From Candidatus Woesearchaeota archaeon (GTDB taxonomy: Archaea > Nanobdellota > Nanobdellia > Pacearchaeales > GW2011-AR1): 42,731 bases of DNA. The stretch is taken from assembly GCA_964372375.1 (NCBI GenBank), contig CAYJQF010000004.1, forward strand, positions 1 through 42,731, in the 5' to 3' direction. Positions 16,012 to 25,136 of this stretch are shown piece by piece (position 1 is the stretch's first letter; every line of letters begins with the position of its first letter). The notes beneath the pieces were generated by a model. The model did no database searches, was not told where the DNA came from, and saw only the letters and a program-made list of their open reading frames with translations. The translations under genes were made by a program, and so were the position numbers.

Positions 16012-17268
16012 ATGGAAGTCTATGACTTTTTAGTGTATTGCCTTGCTTATATCGGGCTGTTAGCCACTTCTTTCTATTTTATTAATCTGTTCATGTATTA
16101 TCGGAAATACAGGGATCCTGGAGAAGCAACTGATAAGACTATTTCCTTGATTGTTCCTGCCTATAATGAAGAGCAGGGAATTGCGCGAACTATCAAGTCA
16201 TTGCTTGCTCTGGACTATCCGAAGGAGAAAGTTGAAATAATTGTAGTAGATGACGGAAGTAGCGATAAGACGTATCGTATTGCCCAAACCTTTGCTTCTT
16301 CTGCGCATCCGGTGGTAAAAGTATTTACCAAGCAGAACGGAGGTAAAGCATCAGCAATGAATCTAGGCATTGGGAAAGCAAGAGGAGAGATTGTAGTGAC
16401 GATGGATGCAGACTCTTTTATCAGGCCCGCTGCGTTGCGGAAAATGATTGTGTACTTTACGAGGCCAGAGGTTATGTGCGTCTCTCCTTCCATGGGAGTG
16501 TATAAACCTAAAGGATTGTGGGGCAGAATTGTCCAGATTGAGTATTATATGGGGGTCTTTCTGAGAAAGAGTTTTGCTACGATGAACGCCATTCATGTAA
16601 CTCCGGGGGCTTTTTCCGCTTATCGTAAGCAGTTTTTTACCAAGTATGGCGGGTTTCAAGTAGGAAATATTACGGAAGATTTGGAAATGGCCTTACGCAT
16701 TCAAAGCAACCATTACGTGATTCAAAATGCGCCGAGAGCAGTTGCGTATACGTCTTCTCCTGAATCATTTAAGGCATTATTGTATCAGAGAAGACGATGG
16801 TATATCGGATTAATGAAGAATCTCTGGGTTTACCGTCGTCTCTTCGGGCTCGGGCATGGGCCCTTAGGGTATCTGGTATTGCCTACTGCCGTTACTACGG
16901 TGCTGCTTTCTGTTATCTTGACCGTGTACATGCTGATTCGAGTGCTGTTGCAGCTCAAGGATGAGCTCGTTTCTCTTAGTACTGTCAATTTCCAGTTTGC
17001 AAATTATTTTGCATTTAATACATTTCTCTTCCAAAGATTCTTTTATAGCCTGTTGAGCAGGCCGGTGTTTCTCATAGCAGTGCTCTTTATTGCACTGCTT
17101 GGATTTTATATCCTCTTTTCTAAAAAGCAGATGCTTTACAAAGAAAGTGTGCGAGTTAATTTTGTTTTATTTGTTTTCTTGTATTTATTTCTTTTTGCAT
17201 TTTGGTGGATTATCTCATTTGTCTACCTTCTCTTTAACAGGCGCGTGGCATGGAGGCAGGGCCTATGA
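16012..17268 (+). CDS. family 2 glycosyltransferase, processive type
   Basis: SLIVPAYNEE, VVDDGSSDKT, TMDADS and QRRRW (QxxRW), with TM helices flanking the catalytic domain. Confidence 0.85.
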   Translation: MEVYDFLVYCLAYIGLLATSFYFINLFMYYRKYRDPGEATDKTISLIVPAYNEEQGIARTIKSLLALDYPKEKVEIIVVDDGSSDKTYRIAQTFASSAHPVVKVFTKQNGGKASAMNLGIGKARGEIVVTMDADSFIRPAALRKMIVYFTRPEVMCVSPSMGVYKPKGLWGRIVQIEYYMGVFLRKSFATMNAIHVTPGAFSAYRKQFFTKYGGFQVGNITEDLEMALRIQSNHYVIQNAPRAVAYTSSPESFKALLYQRRRWYIGLMKNLWVYRRLFGLGHGPLGYLVLPTAVTTVLLSVILTVYMLIRVLLQLKDELVSLSTVNFQFANYFAFNTFLFQRFFYSLLSRPVFLIAVLFIALLGFYILFSKKQMLYKESVRVNFVLFVFLYLFLFAFWWIISFVYLLFNRRVAWRQGL

Positions 17269-17900
17269 GGATTCGGGAATCTCCGTACTTGCTGCGCGTG
17301 TTCCTGGCATTTCTTTTAGCAACTGTGCTTTTCGTCCTCATCTTTCTGTTTGCGTACTCGGTCTCGTATCTTAATTATAAAGGCGTAGTTGCGGAGAATG
17401 CGTTTATTCAGGATAGTTTGGCAAAGATTGATAAGGCTATAAACAACTCGACACTTTGCACTGCTACGGGGCTGTTTGAGGCTTCTGAGCGGTTGGACGC
17501 AGTAGGAAGCAGAGTTGGCTTACTGGAGACAAGACTGGGCAGCACCAATTCCGAGGTTATTGTGCAGAAAAAGAAGTACAGCGAACTTGAGTATAAACAT
17601 TTTATTTTAGTGCGGACGCTGGCGCGGTCTTGCAAGCAGGACGTGGTGACGCTTTTATTTTTCTATTCAAATGATGAAGTATACCAAAAAGAGAGCGAGC
17701 GGATGGGAATTATTCTTAGCACGTTTAAGAATGCTGATCCTCAGCGCATTTTTGTGTATTCTTTTGATGCGCAGCTTAATTTGAGTCTTATTCGTGATTT
17801 GAGAGAGCGGTATTCTGTTATGAGCGTGCCTGTCGTGATTGTGAATGAATCGGCCAAGGCGTATCCACGCACTCTTGATGAATTTGAGCGTTTTGTGTAA
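17265..17900 (+). CDS. membrane-anchored hypothetical protein (thioredoxin-fold-like, no CxxC)
   Basis: One N-terminal TM helix. ATG 17265 overlaps the GT2 TGA (ATGA). The track's start at 17250 is also in frame. Confidence 0.55.
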   Translation: MRIRESPYLLRVFLAFLLATVLFVLIFLFAYSVSYLNYKGVVAENAFIQDSLAKIDKAINNSTLCTATGLFEASERLDAVGSRVGLLETRLGSTNSEVIVQKKKYSELEYKHFILVRTLARSCKQDVVTLLFFYSNDEVYQKESERMGIILSTFKNADPQRIFVYSFDAQLNLSLIRDLRERYSVMSVPVVIVNESAKAYPRTLDEFERFV

Positions 17901-17938
17901 CACCATAATTGTTTTAAATGCTTGAGCAGTGTAGTTTT

Positions 17939-18478
17939 ATGGGCGTGGTTGAAGCACTAGAAGAGGGTAAGATTGTGAGAGTGCAAGAATCGTATGCGCG
18001 GCGTGAAGGCCTCTTAATTATTCGCCAGGCACTTTCTTCGCCTGTTAGTGCCCCATCATTGGTACACGTGTATGGACAGAAAGTTGCCAGTGTTACTCGA
18101 GGAGTGCGCCCGTTTGATGAGTTTAGGAAGCCTCTCAGGAAGAATAATGTTTTAGCTGATTTGTTAGACAACTTTCACTGGCTTTTACTAAAAAAGCGTA
18201 AGGAGCAAGGATTAACCAGGAAAGAAGTTGCGAAGTCCCTACAAGTACCAGAGTATGATCTTAAGCTGATTGAGAATGGTGTCTTGCCAGGAGATAACTT
18301 TATTCTTGTCAATAAGCTGCAGGAGTACTATAAGATTAATCTGCGGAAAGACGGCAGGGATTTTACGAAGCCTGTACTTCCGAACATGCGAGTCCATGAG
18401 GAAGCAGATTTGGTTAAGGAAGCAGTAAAAGGAAGCGAGCAGGGCGTTTCAGGGAATGAGATTGAACTGGATGAGTAG
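17939..18478 (+). CDS. XRE-type helix-turn-helix protein
   Basis: LLKKRKEQGLTRKEVAKSLQVPEYDLKLIENG is an HTH_3-like motif. ATG 17939 lies 20 nt after ttttaaat (17912-17919). The track's ATG at 17918 lies inside that box. Confidence 0.65.
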   Translation: MGVVEALEEGKIVRVQESYARREGLLIIRQALSSPVSAPSLVHVYGQKVASVTRGVRPFDEFRKPLRKNNVLADLLDNFHWLLLKKRKEQGLTRKEVAKSLQVPEYDLKLIENGVLPGDNFILVNKLQEYYKINLRKDGRDFTKPVLPNMRVHEEADLVKEAVKGSEQGVSGNEIELDE

Positions 18479-18658
18479 AATTGAGTTAAGAGCCCTCTAG
18501 CAAACTAAGGGGCATCAAAAGAATATCAAACGCAATTAGCTTATATGACAACAGTGTATCATATTAAAGATAACTCTCTTACTCCTTTTCTTGCTAGAAT
18601 CTTCATCTCTACAGCAAGCTGTAAGGCATTAGAGGAGAGTAACGCTTTCTTTCGAAAG

Positions 18659-18668
18659 CTTTATAAAT
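18659..18668 (+). promoter_or_regulatory. TATA-like box for rpoL
   Basis: ctttataaat ends 21 nt before ATG 18689. Confidence 0.5.
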
Positions 18669-18688
18669 GATTTTAGGGAAAGAAGAGT

Positions 18689-18940
18689 ATGCAGGTTAGT
18701 GTGGTGTCTGAGGATAAACATGAAGCGGAACTTCAGCTTGATAGTGTAACAATTGCTGAGATTTTGCGCGTGTATGTACATGAGCAAGGAGTTGAATTTG
18801 CTGCTTGGAGACGGGAGCATCCGAGCAAGCCGGTGCTGTTTAAGATTAAGAGTGCCGGCAGTGTCAGTAAAGTGGTCGGGGATGCCGTTGCAGCTATCAG
18901 CAAGGAGTTGCAGCACTTACGGTCGGGATGTAAGAAGTAA
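18689..18940 (+). CDS. rpoL: DNA-directed RNA polymerase subunit L (Rpo11)
   Basis: 83 aa. The layout E-LQLDSVTIAEILRVYVHEQGVEFAAWRREHPSKPVLFKIKS follows the RpoL/Rpb11 pattern (x-HT-x-N-LR ... V-FA-Y-x-HP ... I-T), although the usual HT is replaced. Confidence 0.6.
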   Translation: MQVSVVSEDKHEAELQLDSVTIAEILRVYVHEQGVEFAAWRREHPSKPVLFKIKSAGSVSKVVGDAVAAISKELQHLRSGCKK

Positions 18941-18942
18941 AT

Positions 18943-18953
18943 AGGTTTATTAA
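18943..18953 (+). promoter_or_regulatory. conserved AGGTTTATTAA box upstream of small gene 1
   Basis: Identical 11-mer to 19184-19194. It is followed by AAGGAGG 8 nt before the ATG. Confidence 0.5.
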
Positions 18954-18989
18954 TCCCTTTTTCTTAGTGTTGTAAGGAGGTATAGTACG

Positions 18990-19160
18990 ATGTGTAAAAG
19001 CTGGTGTGAGGCAATCCTGGCGATTGTCATTCTTGTTTTCTCTTTATGGAATAGCTGGGCGTACTCACAAGGGGTTGTCATTATTGCAGCGATTGTATTG
19101 CTCGTGCATTCATTCACGTGCAAGCAATGCTTTGCTGGCGACATGAAGCGCAAGCGATAG
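18990..19160 (+). CDS. small two-TM Cys-motif membrane protein (56 aa), absent from the ORF track
   Basis: MCKSWCEAILAIVILVFSLWNSWAYSQGVVIIAAIVLLVHSFTCKQCFAGDMKRKR. It has a GGAGG site upstream and a paralog immediately downstream. Confidence 0.6.
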   Translation: MCKSWCEAILAIVILVFSLWNSWAYSQGVVIIAAIVLLVHSFTCKQCFAGDMKRKR

Positions 19161-19183
19161 AGTGAAGCGCTTTTTTTTTGCAC

Positions 19184-19194
19184 AGGTTTATTAA
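19184..19194 (+). promoter_or_regulatory. conserved AGGTTTATTAA box upstream of small gene 2
   Basis: Same 11-mer as 18943-18953. AAGGAGG lies 7 nt before ATG 19232. Confidence 0.5.
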
Positions 19195-19231
19195 CCTTTT
19201 TTTCCTAGCGGGAGTATGAAAGGAGGCATTT

Positions 19232-19408
19232 ATGGAGTGCAATTGTAGAACGATAGAGATTATTCTGGCAGCGCTTGTTCTCGTGTTTTACTTCTGGGAA
19301 ACGCCGGTTTCAGGATGGATTGTGGTTCTTGCAGCGATCGCGTTATTAGTCCATGCTTGTACGTGCAAGAACTGTCGTATATCAGGAAGAGCAGCGAAGA
19401 AGCGTTAA
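19232..19408 (+). CDS. small two-TM Cys-motif membrane protein (58 aa), paralog of 18990-19160
   Basis: MECNCRTIEIILAALVLVFYFWETPVSGWIVVLAAIALLVHACTCKNCRISGRAAKKR. It shares VLVF-x-W and AAI-x-LLVH-x-x-TCK-x-C with the neighbour. Confidence 0.6.
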   Translation: MECNCRTIEIILAALVLVFYFWETPVSGWIVVLAAIALLVHACTCKNCRISGRAAKKR

Positions 19409-19427
19409 ACTGCTTGTAGTAGCATTA

Positions 19428-19437
19428 TTTTTATATA
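19428..19437 (+). promoter_or_regulatory. TATA-like box for radB
   Basis: tttttatata ends 22 nt before ATG 19459. Confidence 0.45.
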
Positions 19438-19458
19438 CTTTGTCTGTAAGTAGCAGGT

Positions 19459-20151
19459 ATGTCTAAAATTTCTGCGGGAAGCTACGATTTAAATACGTGG
19501 CTATTTGGCGGCTATGAAAGTGATATTGTAACGGTTTTGTATGGAGCTCCCGGAACAGGGAAAACTAATTTCTGTCTGCTGGCTGCGGTTTCTCAGGCAA
19601 AGAAAGGAAATAAAGTAGTATATATGGATACTGAAGGAGGATTTAGTATAGAACGAGTGAAGCAAATCCTGGGAAAAGAAAGCAGTGCTGACGATGTTTT
19701 GAGGAATATTTTATTATTAAAACCCACTTCTTTTCAGGAGCAGAAGAAGGCTTTTGAGACTCTGTTGGAGCATCTGAAGAAAGAAGTTTCACTCATTATT
19801 GTGGATGGGATGACTATTCTCTATCGGCTTGACTTTGCTTCTGCACGAGAAAAGAATGAAGATGCAATACGGAACATTAATGCCGAGTTGGCAAGGCAGA
19901 TGAGGAATTTAGCGGAAATAGCACGAAAAAGGAATATTCCTGTTCTCGTGACCAATCAAGTCTATACCTGGGAGCGGGAAAGCAAAATGGTTGCCGGTGA
20001 CGTATTAAAGTATTGGGGAAAGTGTCTCATTGAACTTACGTATGAACAGGGAAGGCGCGTTGCATATGTACGAAAGCACCGGAGCATGAAGGAAAAAGAA
20101 TTAGTATTTTACATCAGCAACTCTGGGATCAAGAAAAAAGGATGGCTATAG
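19459..20151 (+). CDS. radB: RadB recombinase paralog
   Basis: Walker A (YGAPGTGKT), VVYMDTEGGFSIERVKQI and Walker B (LIIVDG). The 230-aa size is typical of RadB. Confidence 0.85.
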   Translation: MSKISAGSYDLNTWLFGGYESDIVTVLYGAPGTGKTNFCLLAAVSQAKKGNKVVYMDTEGGFSIERVKQILGKESSADDVLRNILLLKPTSFQEQKKAFETLLEHLKKEVSLIIVDGMTILYRLDFASAREKNEDAIRNINAELARQMRNLAEIARKRNIPVLVTNQVYTWERESKMVAGDVLKYWGKCLIELTYEQGRRVAYVRKHRSMKEKELVFYISNSGIKKKGWL

Positions 20152-20185
20152 ATATACTTAAATATCATTATTTGGTTATGGTTCA

Positions 20186-21034
20186 ATGAATGATGAACTT
20201 TCTGCTAAAGATATTCTTGCGGTAGTACACCGGCAGAAATTATTTATTCTTCTTACTACTCTCGCTTTTGTAGTCGCAGTAGGCATTGTTTTACTGCTCT
20301 GGCCGAAGACGTACGAGTCGGAATCTATAGTCCAGCTTGCTGCTCTCGGTTCTTTGGTAAGTAATAATAAAGTTGTTGATAACTTAGTTTTCAGTGGGGT
20401 GGCGGCTAAAGCGCTCATGGAAAGCTCAGTGGTATTGCAGCCTGCAGTCATTCTCTTTTCACAGGAAGTAGGAGATAACATTTCGCTTCAAGATTTCAAG
20501 AAAAAGCATCTTACGGTTGAGATTTATAAGCAGATTATCGGCAGAGATGAAGAGGAAACTAATTATCTTACTGTTACGGTCAAAGCACCTACCTCTACGC
20601 TTGCACTCGAAGTGAATGCACTTATCCTTTTACACTTCTTAAACTATACGCGGCCGTTTTACAATCGTTCTTTGCAGGTGTATAAAGACGATTATACGCG
20701 CACTAATGAGCTTATTCAGAGTGTGCAGGAAGCTATTGACATCACGGAAAAACAAATTCATGACCTGGAAATCAATAAGGGAATAGGAAGCGCTTCCGAT
20801 ACCCTTTTGTTAACAAAAACACTCGCTGATTATCGCAGCCAGCTCTTGTCTTTATATGACCGAAAGACTAAAATTGAGGTTGTATTAGCCGACCAGCGCC
20901 GCTTTAAGGTGGTAAGCGAGCCTGAAGCACCCGAGCATTATTCGAGTCCTCCGACAGGAGTGATTTTACTTGTTTCACTGGTTGTAGGCTTCCTTGGCTC
21001 CTTGGCAGCAAGCTTCGTGCGCGAAGAGCTTTAG
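20186..21034 (+). CDS. Wzz-like polysaccharide chain-length determinant
   Basis: An N-terminal TM followed by WPKTYESESIV, a long coiled periplasmic-type region, and a C-terminal TM (VILLVSLVVGFLGSL). Confidence 0.65.
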   Translation: MNDELSAKDILAVVHRQKLFILLTTLAFVVAVGIVLLLWPKTYESESIVQLAALGSLVSNNKVVDNLVFSGVAAKALMESSVVLQPAVILFSQEVGDNISLQDFKKKHLTVEIYKQIIGRDEEETNYLTVTVKAPTSTLALEVNALILLHFLNYTRPFYNRSLQVYKDDYTRTNELIQSVQEAIDITEKQIHDLEINKGIGSASDTLLLTKTLADYRSQLLSLYDRKTKIEVVLADQRRFKVVSEPEAPEHYSSPPTGVILLVSLVVGFLGSLAASFVREEL

Positions 21035-21666
21035 TATGCACCTTTTGCTTGGACTACTGCAAAAGGAGTTCGGCAGAGAATACTAAGATCTTTAAGCAGG
21101 GAATGTTGTTGGGCATACGCTACTTCCATACGAATGCGCTTTTCAAACGGGATTAATGATCGCCCGTGCACTTGCCAATAGCCGGTAATTCCCGGCTTAA
21201 CGCTGTTCATGATGGTGAGCAGCTTTGCGTTTGCCTTCTTTTCTTTCTTATATTTCTCAAATTCAGCACGCACGAGCGGTCGTGGCCCTATCATACTCAT
21301 CTCTCCTTTTAACACGTTAAGTACTTGCGGGAGTTCATCAAGGGAGTATTTGCGGATGAAGAATCCAAGCGAGGTTATCCTTGGATCAGAGAGCATTCCC
21401 TTTTGTCTTCTATATTGTAGACTGTATAATTGAGACTTTGATTGTACGTGGTTCATCGTGTCAGCATTAGTTATCATTGTTCTGAACTTGTAAATCTTAA
21501 ATTGTTTTTTATTTTTACCCATTCTCTTTTCTGTATATATGGGAACATGACCATCAAAAAGAAGGATAGCAAGGCTTGTAAGAAGAATGATTGGCCAGGA
21601 TAGTGCGAGTAGCAGGGAAGCGAATGCTACATCAAGTAAGCGCTTGGCAAACAGGTTGTAATTCAT
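21031..21666 (-). CDS. polyprenyl-phosphate sugar phosphotransferase (bacterial sugar transferase, PglC/WbaP-like)
   Basis: KRLLDVAFASLLL..., FKIYKFRTM, DPRITSLGFFIRKYSLDELPQVLNVLKGEMSMIGPRP and KPGITGYWQV. Confidence 0.9.
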   Translation of the reverse strand: MNYNLFAKRLLDVAFASLLLALSWPIILLTSLAILLFDGHVPIYTEKRMGKNKKQFKIYKFRTMITNADTMNHVQSKSQLYSLQYRRQKGMLSDPRITSLGFFIRKYSLDELPQVLNVLKGEMSMIGPRPLVRAEFEKYKKEKKANAKLLTIMNSVKPGITGYWQVHGRSLIPFEKRIRMEVAYAQQHSLLKDLSILCRTPFAVVQAKGAY

Positions 21667-21671
21667 CTTCT

Positions 21672-22850
21672 TTACAGAAATCCTCGTTTTTTAATCTCTT
21701 TCATTAGCTGAGCAGTGAGGAATTTCCAGTCATGGTGCAGTGCACTCTTTCTGTTTCGTCTTCCTATCTTCTCAAATGAGCTGCGTGCGTAATACGCTTT
21801 CTTTATTGCATTTTTGAGACTTTCTTGGTTGTATGGTGAGAAAAGAAACCCATTTTTCCCTTCTTGTATGTATTTTCCCGCATCTCCTAGTGGAGTTGCC
21901 AGTACTGGCTTGCCAAGTGCAAGATACTCATAGAGTTTGAGGGAGGAAAAATAGATGTTTTTCTCATACTGAGGGAGATAGCCGGCATATCCTATATCGC
22001 ACGCTTGCAGAGCGCCAGGTATAGCTGCATGTGGAATCTGTCCTAGGAAACGGACATGACGAAGACCAAGCATCTTTACTTTAGTTTCTAACTTTTTTCT
22101 TTCTCTGCCTTCTCCTATAATGTCTAGACCTATGGTAAGGCCTTCAGCTTGTAATGCCGCAAGTGCAGTACATACGGCGTCGAGGTTTTGCCATTTTACG
22201 AGTGAGCCGGCATATCCTATCGTAAATCGCTTGCTTTTTTTACTATAGTCTGGCTTGAATTGTTCAGTATCAACGCCGTTTGGAATAACTATAATTTTAT
22301 TTTTCGGCAGATGATATTCTCTGATAAGGATTTGCTTTAGTTGTTCACTCACACACACAATAAGGTCTGCTTGCTGGTATGCGCGCGCTTCAAACCATTT
22401 TGCAAGCTTTGTGAAGAAGAGCGTTTTTCCTCGGCCTTCAAGGGCAAGAGGAGCATTTGTTTCGAGAATCCATGGAATACCTTCTCGTTTGAATCTACTT
22501 CCAAGCTCTTGGAATACTCCCAAACGTTCATAGACAAAGTCTACTTTTTTGTTTATTTTTTTCCATGCAGCATATTGTGCAATAGGGCGTAAACATACAC
22601 GCAGCATATCAGAAAGTATAGGTACTCCGTGTATAGTGGTGGCGTTTGTTTTTACTAAATATCGGCTTAGGAAAGGAGTAATCTCATCTCCAGCAATCCA
22701 TGTTTTTACTGCTATTCTTTGTTTTTTCAAACCAGCAAGAAATCCCTTAATATGCGCGCGCTGGCCAGCACCATACGCCCGTTCATATAAAGAAATGTGC
22801 GGAGCGCTTGAGAGGTAGCCTATCGTTATATTTTTAGTTTGTTTTATCAT
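21672..22850 (-). CDS. GT4-family (GT-B) glycosyltransferase
   Basis: The C-terminal half has the EYLALGKPVLATPLGDAGKYIQEGKNGFL pattern (E-x7-E-like region). Confidence 0.8.
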   Translation of the reverse strand: MIKQTKNITIGYLSSAPHISLYERAYGAGQRAHIKGFLAGLKKQRIAVKTWIAGDEITPFLSRYLVKTNATTIHGVPILSDMLRVCLRPIAQYAAWKKINKKVDFVYERLGVFQELGSRFKREGIPWILETNAPLALEGRGKTLFFTKLAKWFEARAYQQADLIVCVSEQLKQILIREYHLPKNKIIVIPNGVDTEQFKPDYSKKSKRFTIGYAGSLVKWQNLDAVCTALAALQAEGLTIGLDIIGEGRERKKLETKVKMLGLRHVRFLGQIPHAAIPGALQACDIGYAGYLPQYEKNIYFSSLKLYEYLALGKPVLATPLGDAGKYIQEGKNGFLFSPYNQESLKNAIKKAYYARSSFEKIGRRNRKSALHHDWKFLTAQLMKEIKKRGFL

Positions 22851-24021
22851 GCTGTTTTAGTACTTGTGTGTAGATCTTTAAAAAGTATTGGTAATTTTTT
22901 TCTGCAGTGTACTCTTTATTGAATACTTTTCTTGCTGCGTTACCCATTTTTCTTACTTTGCTTGGACTCTTTAAGAGAGAGAGTATCTTTGCCTGCAAGT
23001 CTCGAGCGTCCCCTGACCTGAAAAGTAATCCTGTTTTATTCTCGTGTACGAGTTCTTTGGGCCCTGCGTGATTTGTTGCAATGACCGGAACGCCTGCTGC
23101 ATATGCTTCAATGATAATGCGGCCAAAAGGTTCATACCATTCAGAGGGGACGATGATACATTTGCTCTTTCCTAGGAGCAGCGAGACTTCTTTTTCTGAT
23201 TTTTCTCCTACCAGACTGATGTTTGCTATCTTCTCGCTTTGTATGCGTTTCCTTAACTCTGCATCAAGTGGACCGGTACCTACAATGAGGAGCTTATTTC
23301 TCTTAATCTGCTTCCATGCGGTCAATAAGGTATGCAGGCCTTTTTCAGGAGAGAGTCTTCCTACATACAAACTATACTCTCGCAGGTCTTTCTTTATTCT
23401 TACATCTACGAAAACGAAGTTTGGCTTTACTTTTATTTTACCGGCAGGAAATCCTGCTTCAACGTACTTATTTTTAAGGAAATGAGATGTTGCAATGAAG
23501 CAGTCAACGTGCTTATTCCAGGTTCCCAAGATTTTATGAACGGTAAGCATGCAGGAAAATAAGAGAGTTTTGAGGAAGCTGTTTTGGCGCACACGTTTCA
23601 AGATTGCTTTCCAAGGGAACCAGGAGCCAAGACTTGTTTCATCTATCTTGCCTTTATTGTAAAGAGTAACTGAAGGGCAGATCAGCCAGTAGCTGCGCAG
23701 TGCTTGGACAACAGGAATTTTACAGTGTTTGGCAGCGTAGTAGACACTTGGTGAAAGAAGGGGATAGACCCGCTGTACATGCATACTATCTGGTCTTTCT
23801 TTTTTAATAATTCTTTTTAGTTCTGTATATACTGTATGATTCCATACAAGATTGAGCGCTGCTCTCGCCTTTGTACCGAAAGAACTGTGTAGAGGTATTG
23901 GTTGTTTTGTATACGTAATAACTTCATGTCCATACTTACGTAATAGTGTTACTTCTGATTCGAATGAAATGTCTTCCCCCCCTCGTTCTCTCGTATAATT
24001 ATGAAGCATTAAGATTTTCAT
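22834..24021 (-). CDS. GT4-family glycosyltransferase
   Basis: VPSEWYEPFGRIIIEAYAAGVPVIATNHAGPKELVHENKTGLLF is a canonical GT4 C-terminal motif. Confidence 0.85.
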   Translation of the reverse strand: MKILMLHNYTRERGGEDISFESEVTLLRKYGHEVITYTKQPIPLHSSFGTKARAALNLVWNHTVYTELKRIIKKERPDSMHVQRVYPLLSPSVYYAAKHCKIPVVQALRSYWLICPSVTLYNKGKIDETSLGSWFPWKAILKRVRQNSFLKTLLFSCMLTVHKILGTWNKHVDCFIATSHFLKNKYVEAGFPAGKIKVKPNFVFVDVRIKKDLREYSLYVGRLSPEKGLHTLLTAWKQIKRNKLLIVGTGPLDAELRKRIQSEKIANISLVGEKSEKEVSLLLGKSKCIIVPSEWYEPFGRIIIEAYAAGVPVIATNHAGPKELVHENKTGLLFRSGDARDLQAKILSLLKSPSKVRKMGNAARKVFNKEYTAEKNYQYFLKIYTQVLKQHDKTN

Positions 24022-25136
24022 GATAGCATATCATAGATTTTTTCAAGTTTTAGTGTCTGCTTTTTCAGGTCAAACTGTTTTTTTACCCATCTTCTTCCTT
24101 CCTTACTCATCGCATTCCAGATTTTTTTGTCTGATAAAAGAAGTATACTCTGTTCTGCTAATTGCTTGCTGTTTTTTTCAGGTACGAGGAATCCTGTTTT
24201 ATTCTGAAGTACCGCTTCTGGAATCCCTCCTGTTTGTGTACTTACTACCGGCAAGCCCATTGCTTGCGCTTCGAGAAAGACCATGCCAAGGCCTTCAGCG
24301 GTGCCATTTGCAGTGGTAACGCTGGGCACGCAGAATACTTTTGCGCGATTCATCCAGTGTTTAACTTGAGCAGGAGGCAACGCGCCTAAAAATCGGGCGT
24401 TTATATGTATTGCTTTGGCATATTGTTCCAACTGCTTTCTAAGCTGACCATCTCCAATAATCATAAGCTTTACCTCTGGGAAGCGTGCTTGAATATACTT
24501 CATTGCATCTAAGAGATAGGAGCAGCCCTTACTTTCAACCAATCTTCCTACAAAAAGTATACTGTTCTCCCTTGCTATTTTCTGAGGTGTAAAGAATTCA
24601 GTATCAATCCCCATGTGATGCACTTGTATTTCTTTTTTTGAAAATCCTTGTTCAATGAGTTTTTTCTTAATGAATTGAGAGAGGGCTAGTATCAGTATCG
24701 GATAGGTGTGTAAACGATGTTTCTGATAGTTGTAAAGTTGATAACTCAGAGGAACTGATTTTTTTGTTCCTTTTTCTATGGTTGCATCATAGCCAAGATA
24801 ACTGATGATAAGCGGGAGGCTTAGCTTTTTTGCCAAAGGAAGGATTGCTGCTCCGTCAGGACCGAAGTACGCATGGATAAGCTTCGGCCGTATTTTCCGC
24901 AGCGCTCTTTCTATAGGCGGTGCCTCTCCTGTTAGCCTGAAGCGAAGTTCAGCAAGATAACCGAGAGGACTCTTTTGACGTATGAGCATTGGTTTGCTTT
25001 GCAGCAGCTTGTTGTTTTGTTGTTTTATACCAAGAAATTGCGGGCGGTATTTTTGTAACTTTTTTGCTTGCTCATAAATGAATGTTTCTGAGTACGTGCC
25101 TAGATTATTCCTATAGATAATTATTGGTTTTTTCAT
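24018..25136 (-). CDS. GT4-family glycosyltransferase
   Basis: EGLGMVFLEAQAMGLPVVSTQTGGIPEAVLQNKTGFLV. Confidence 0.85.
   Translation of the reverse strand: MKKPIIIYRNNLGTYSETFIYEQAKKLQKYRPQFLGIKQQNNKLLQSKPMLIRQKSPLGYLAELRFRLTGEAPPIERALRKIRPKLIHAYFGPDGAAILPLAKKLSLPLIISYLGYDATIEKGTKKSVPLSYQLYNYQKHRLHTYPILILALSQFIKKKLIEQGFSKKEIQVHHMGIDTEFFTPQKIARENSILFVGRLVESKGCSYLLDAMKYIQARFPEVKLMIIGDGQLRKQLEQYAKAIHINARFLGALPPAQVKHWMNRAKVFCVPSVTTANGTAEGLGMVFLEAQAMGLPVVSTQTGGIPEAVLQNKTGFLVPEKNSKQLAEQSILLLSDKKIWNAMSKEGRRWVKKQFDLKKQTLKLEKIYDMLS

Noticed and set aside
18479-18688. Imperfect nested inverted repeats (cttgct-N17-agcaag, and ttactcc / ggagagtaa) as a structured RNA
   Set aside because: The stems are short and need bulges. 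I could not distinguish this from chance in AT-rich spacer sequence without covariation data.
18629-18916. 95-aa minus-strand ORF and 63-aa plus-strand alternative frame over rpoL
   Set aside because: The RpoL-like frame has a well-placed TATA box and the expected domain pattern. The other frames have no support.
18950-19183. 77-aa minus-strand ORF (GTG start)
   Set aside because: It is antisense to the 56-aa Cys-motif membrane gene, which has a TATA box, an SD site and an adjacent paralog. The antisense frame has none of these.
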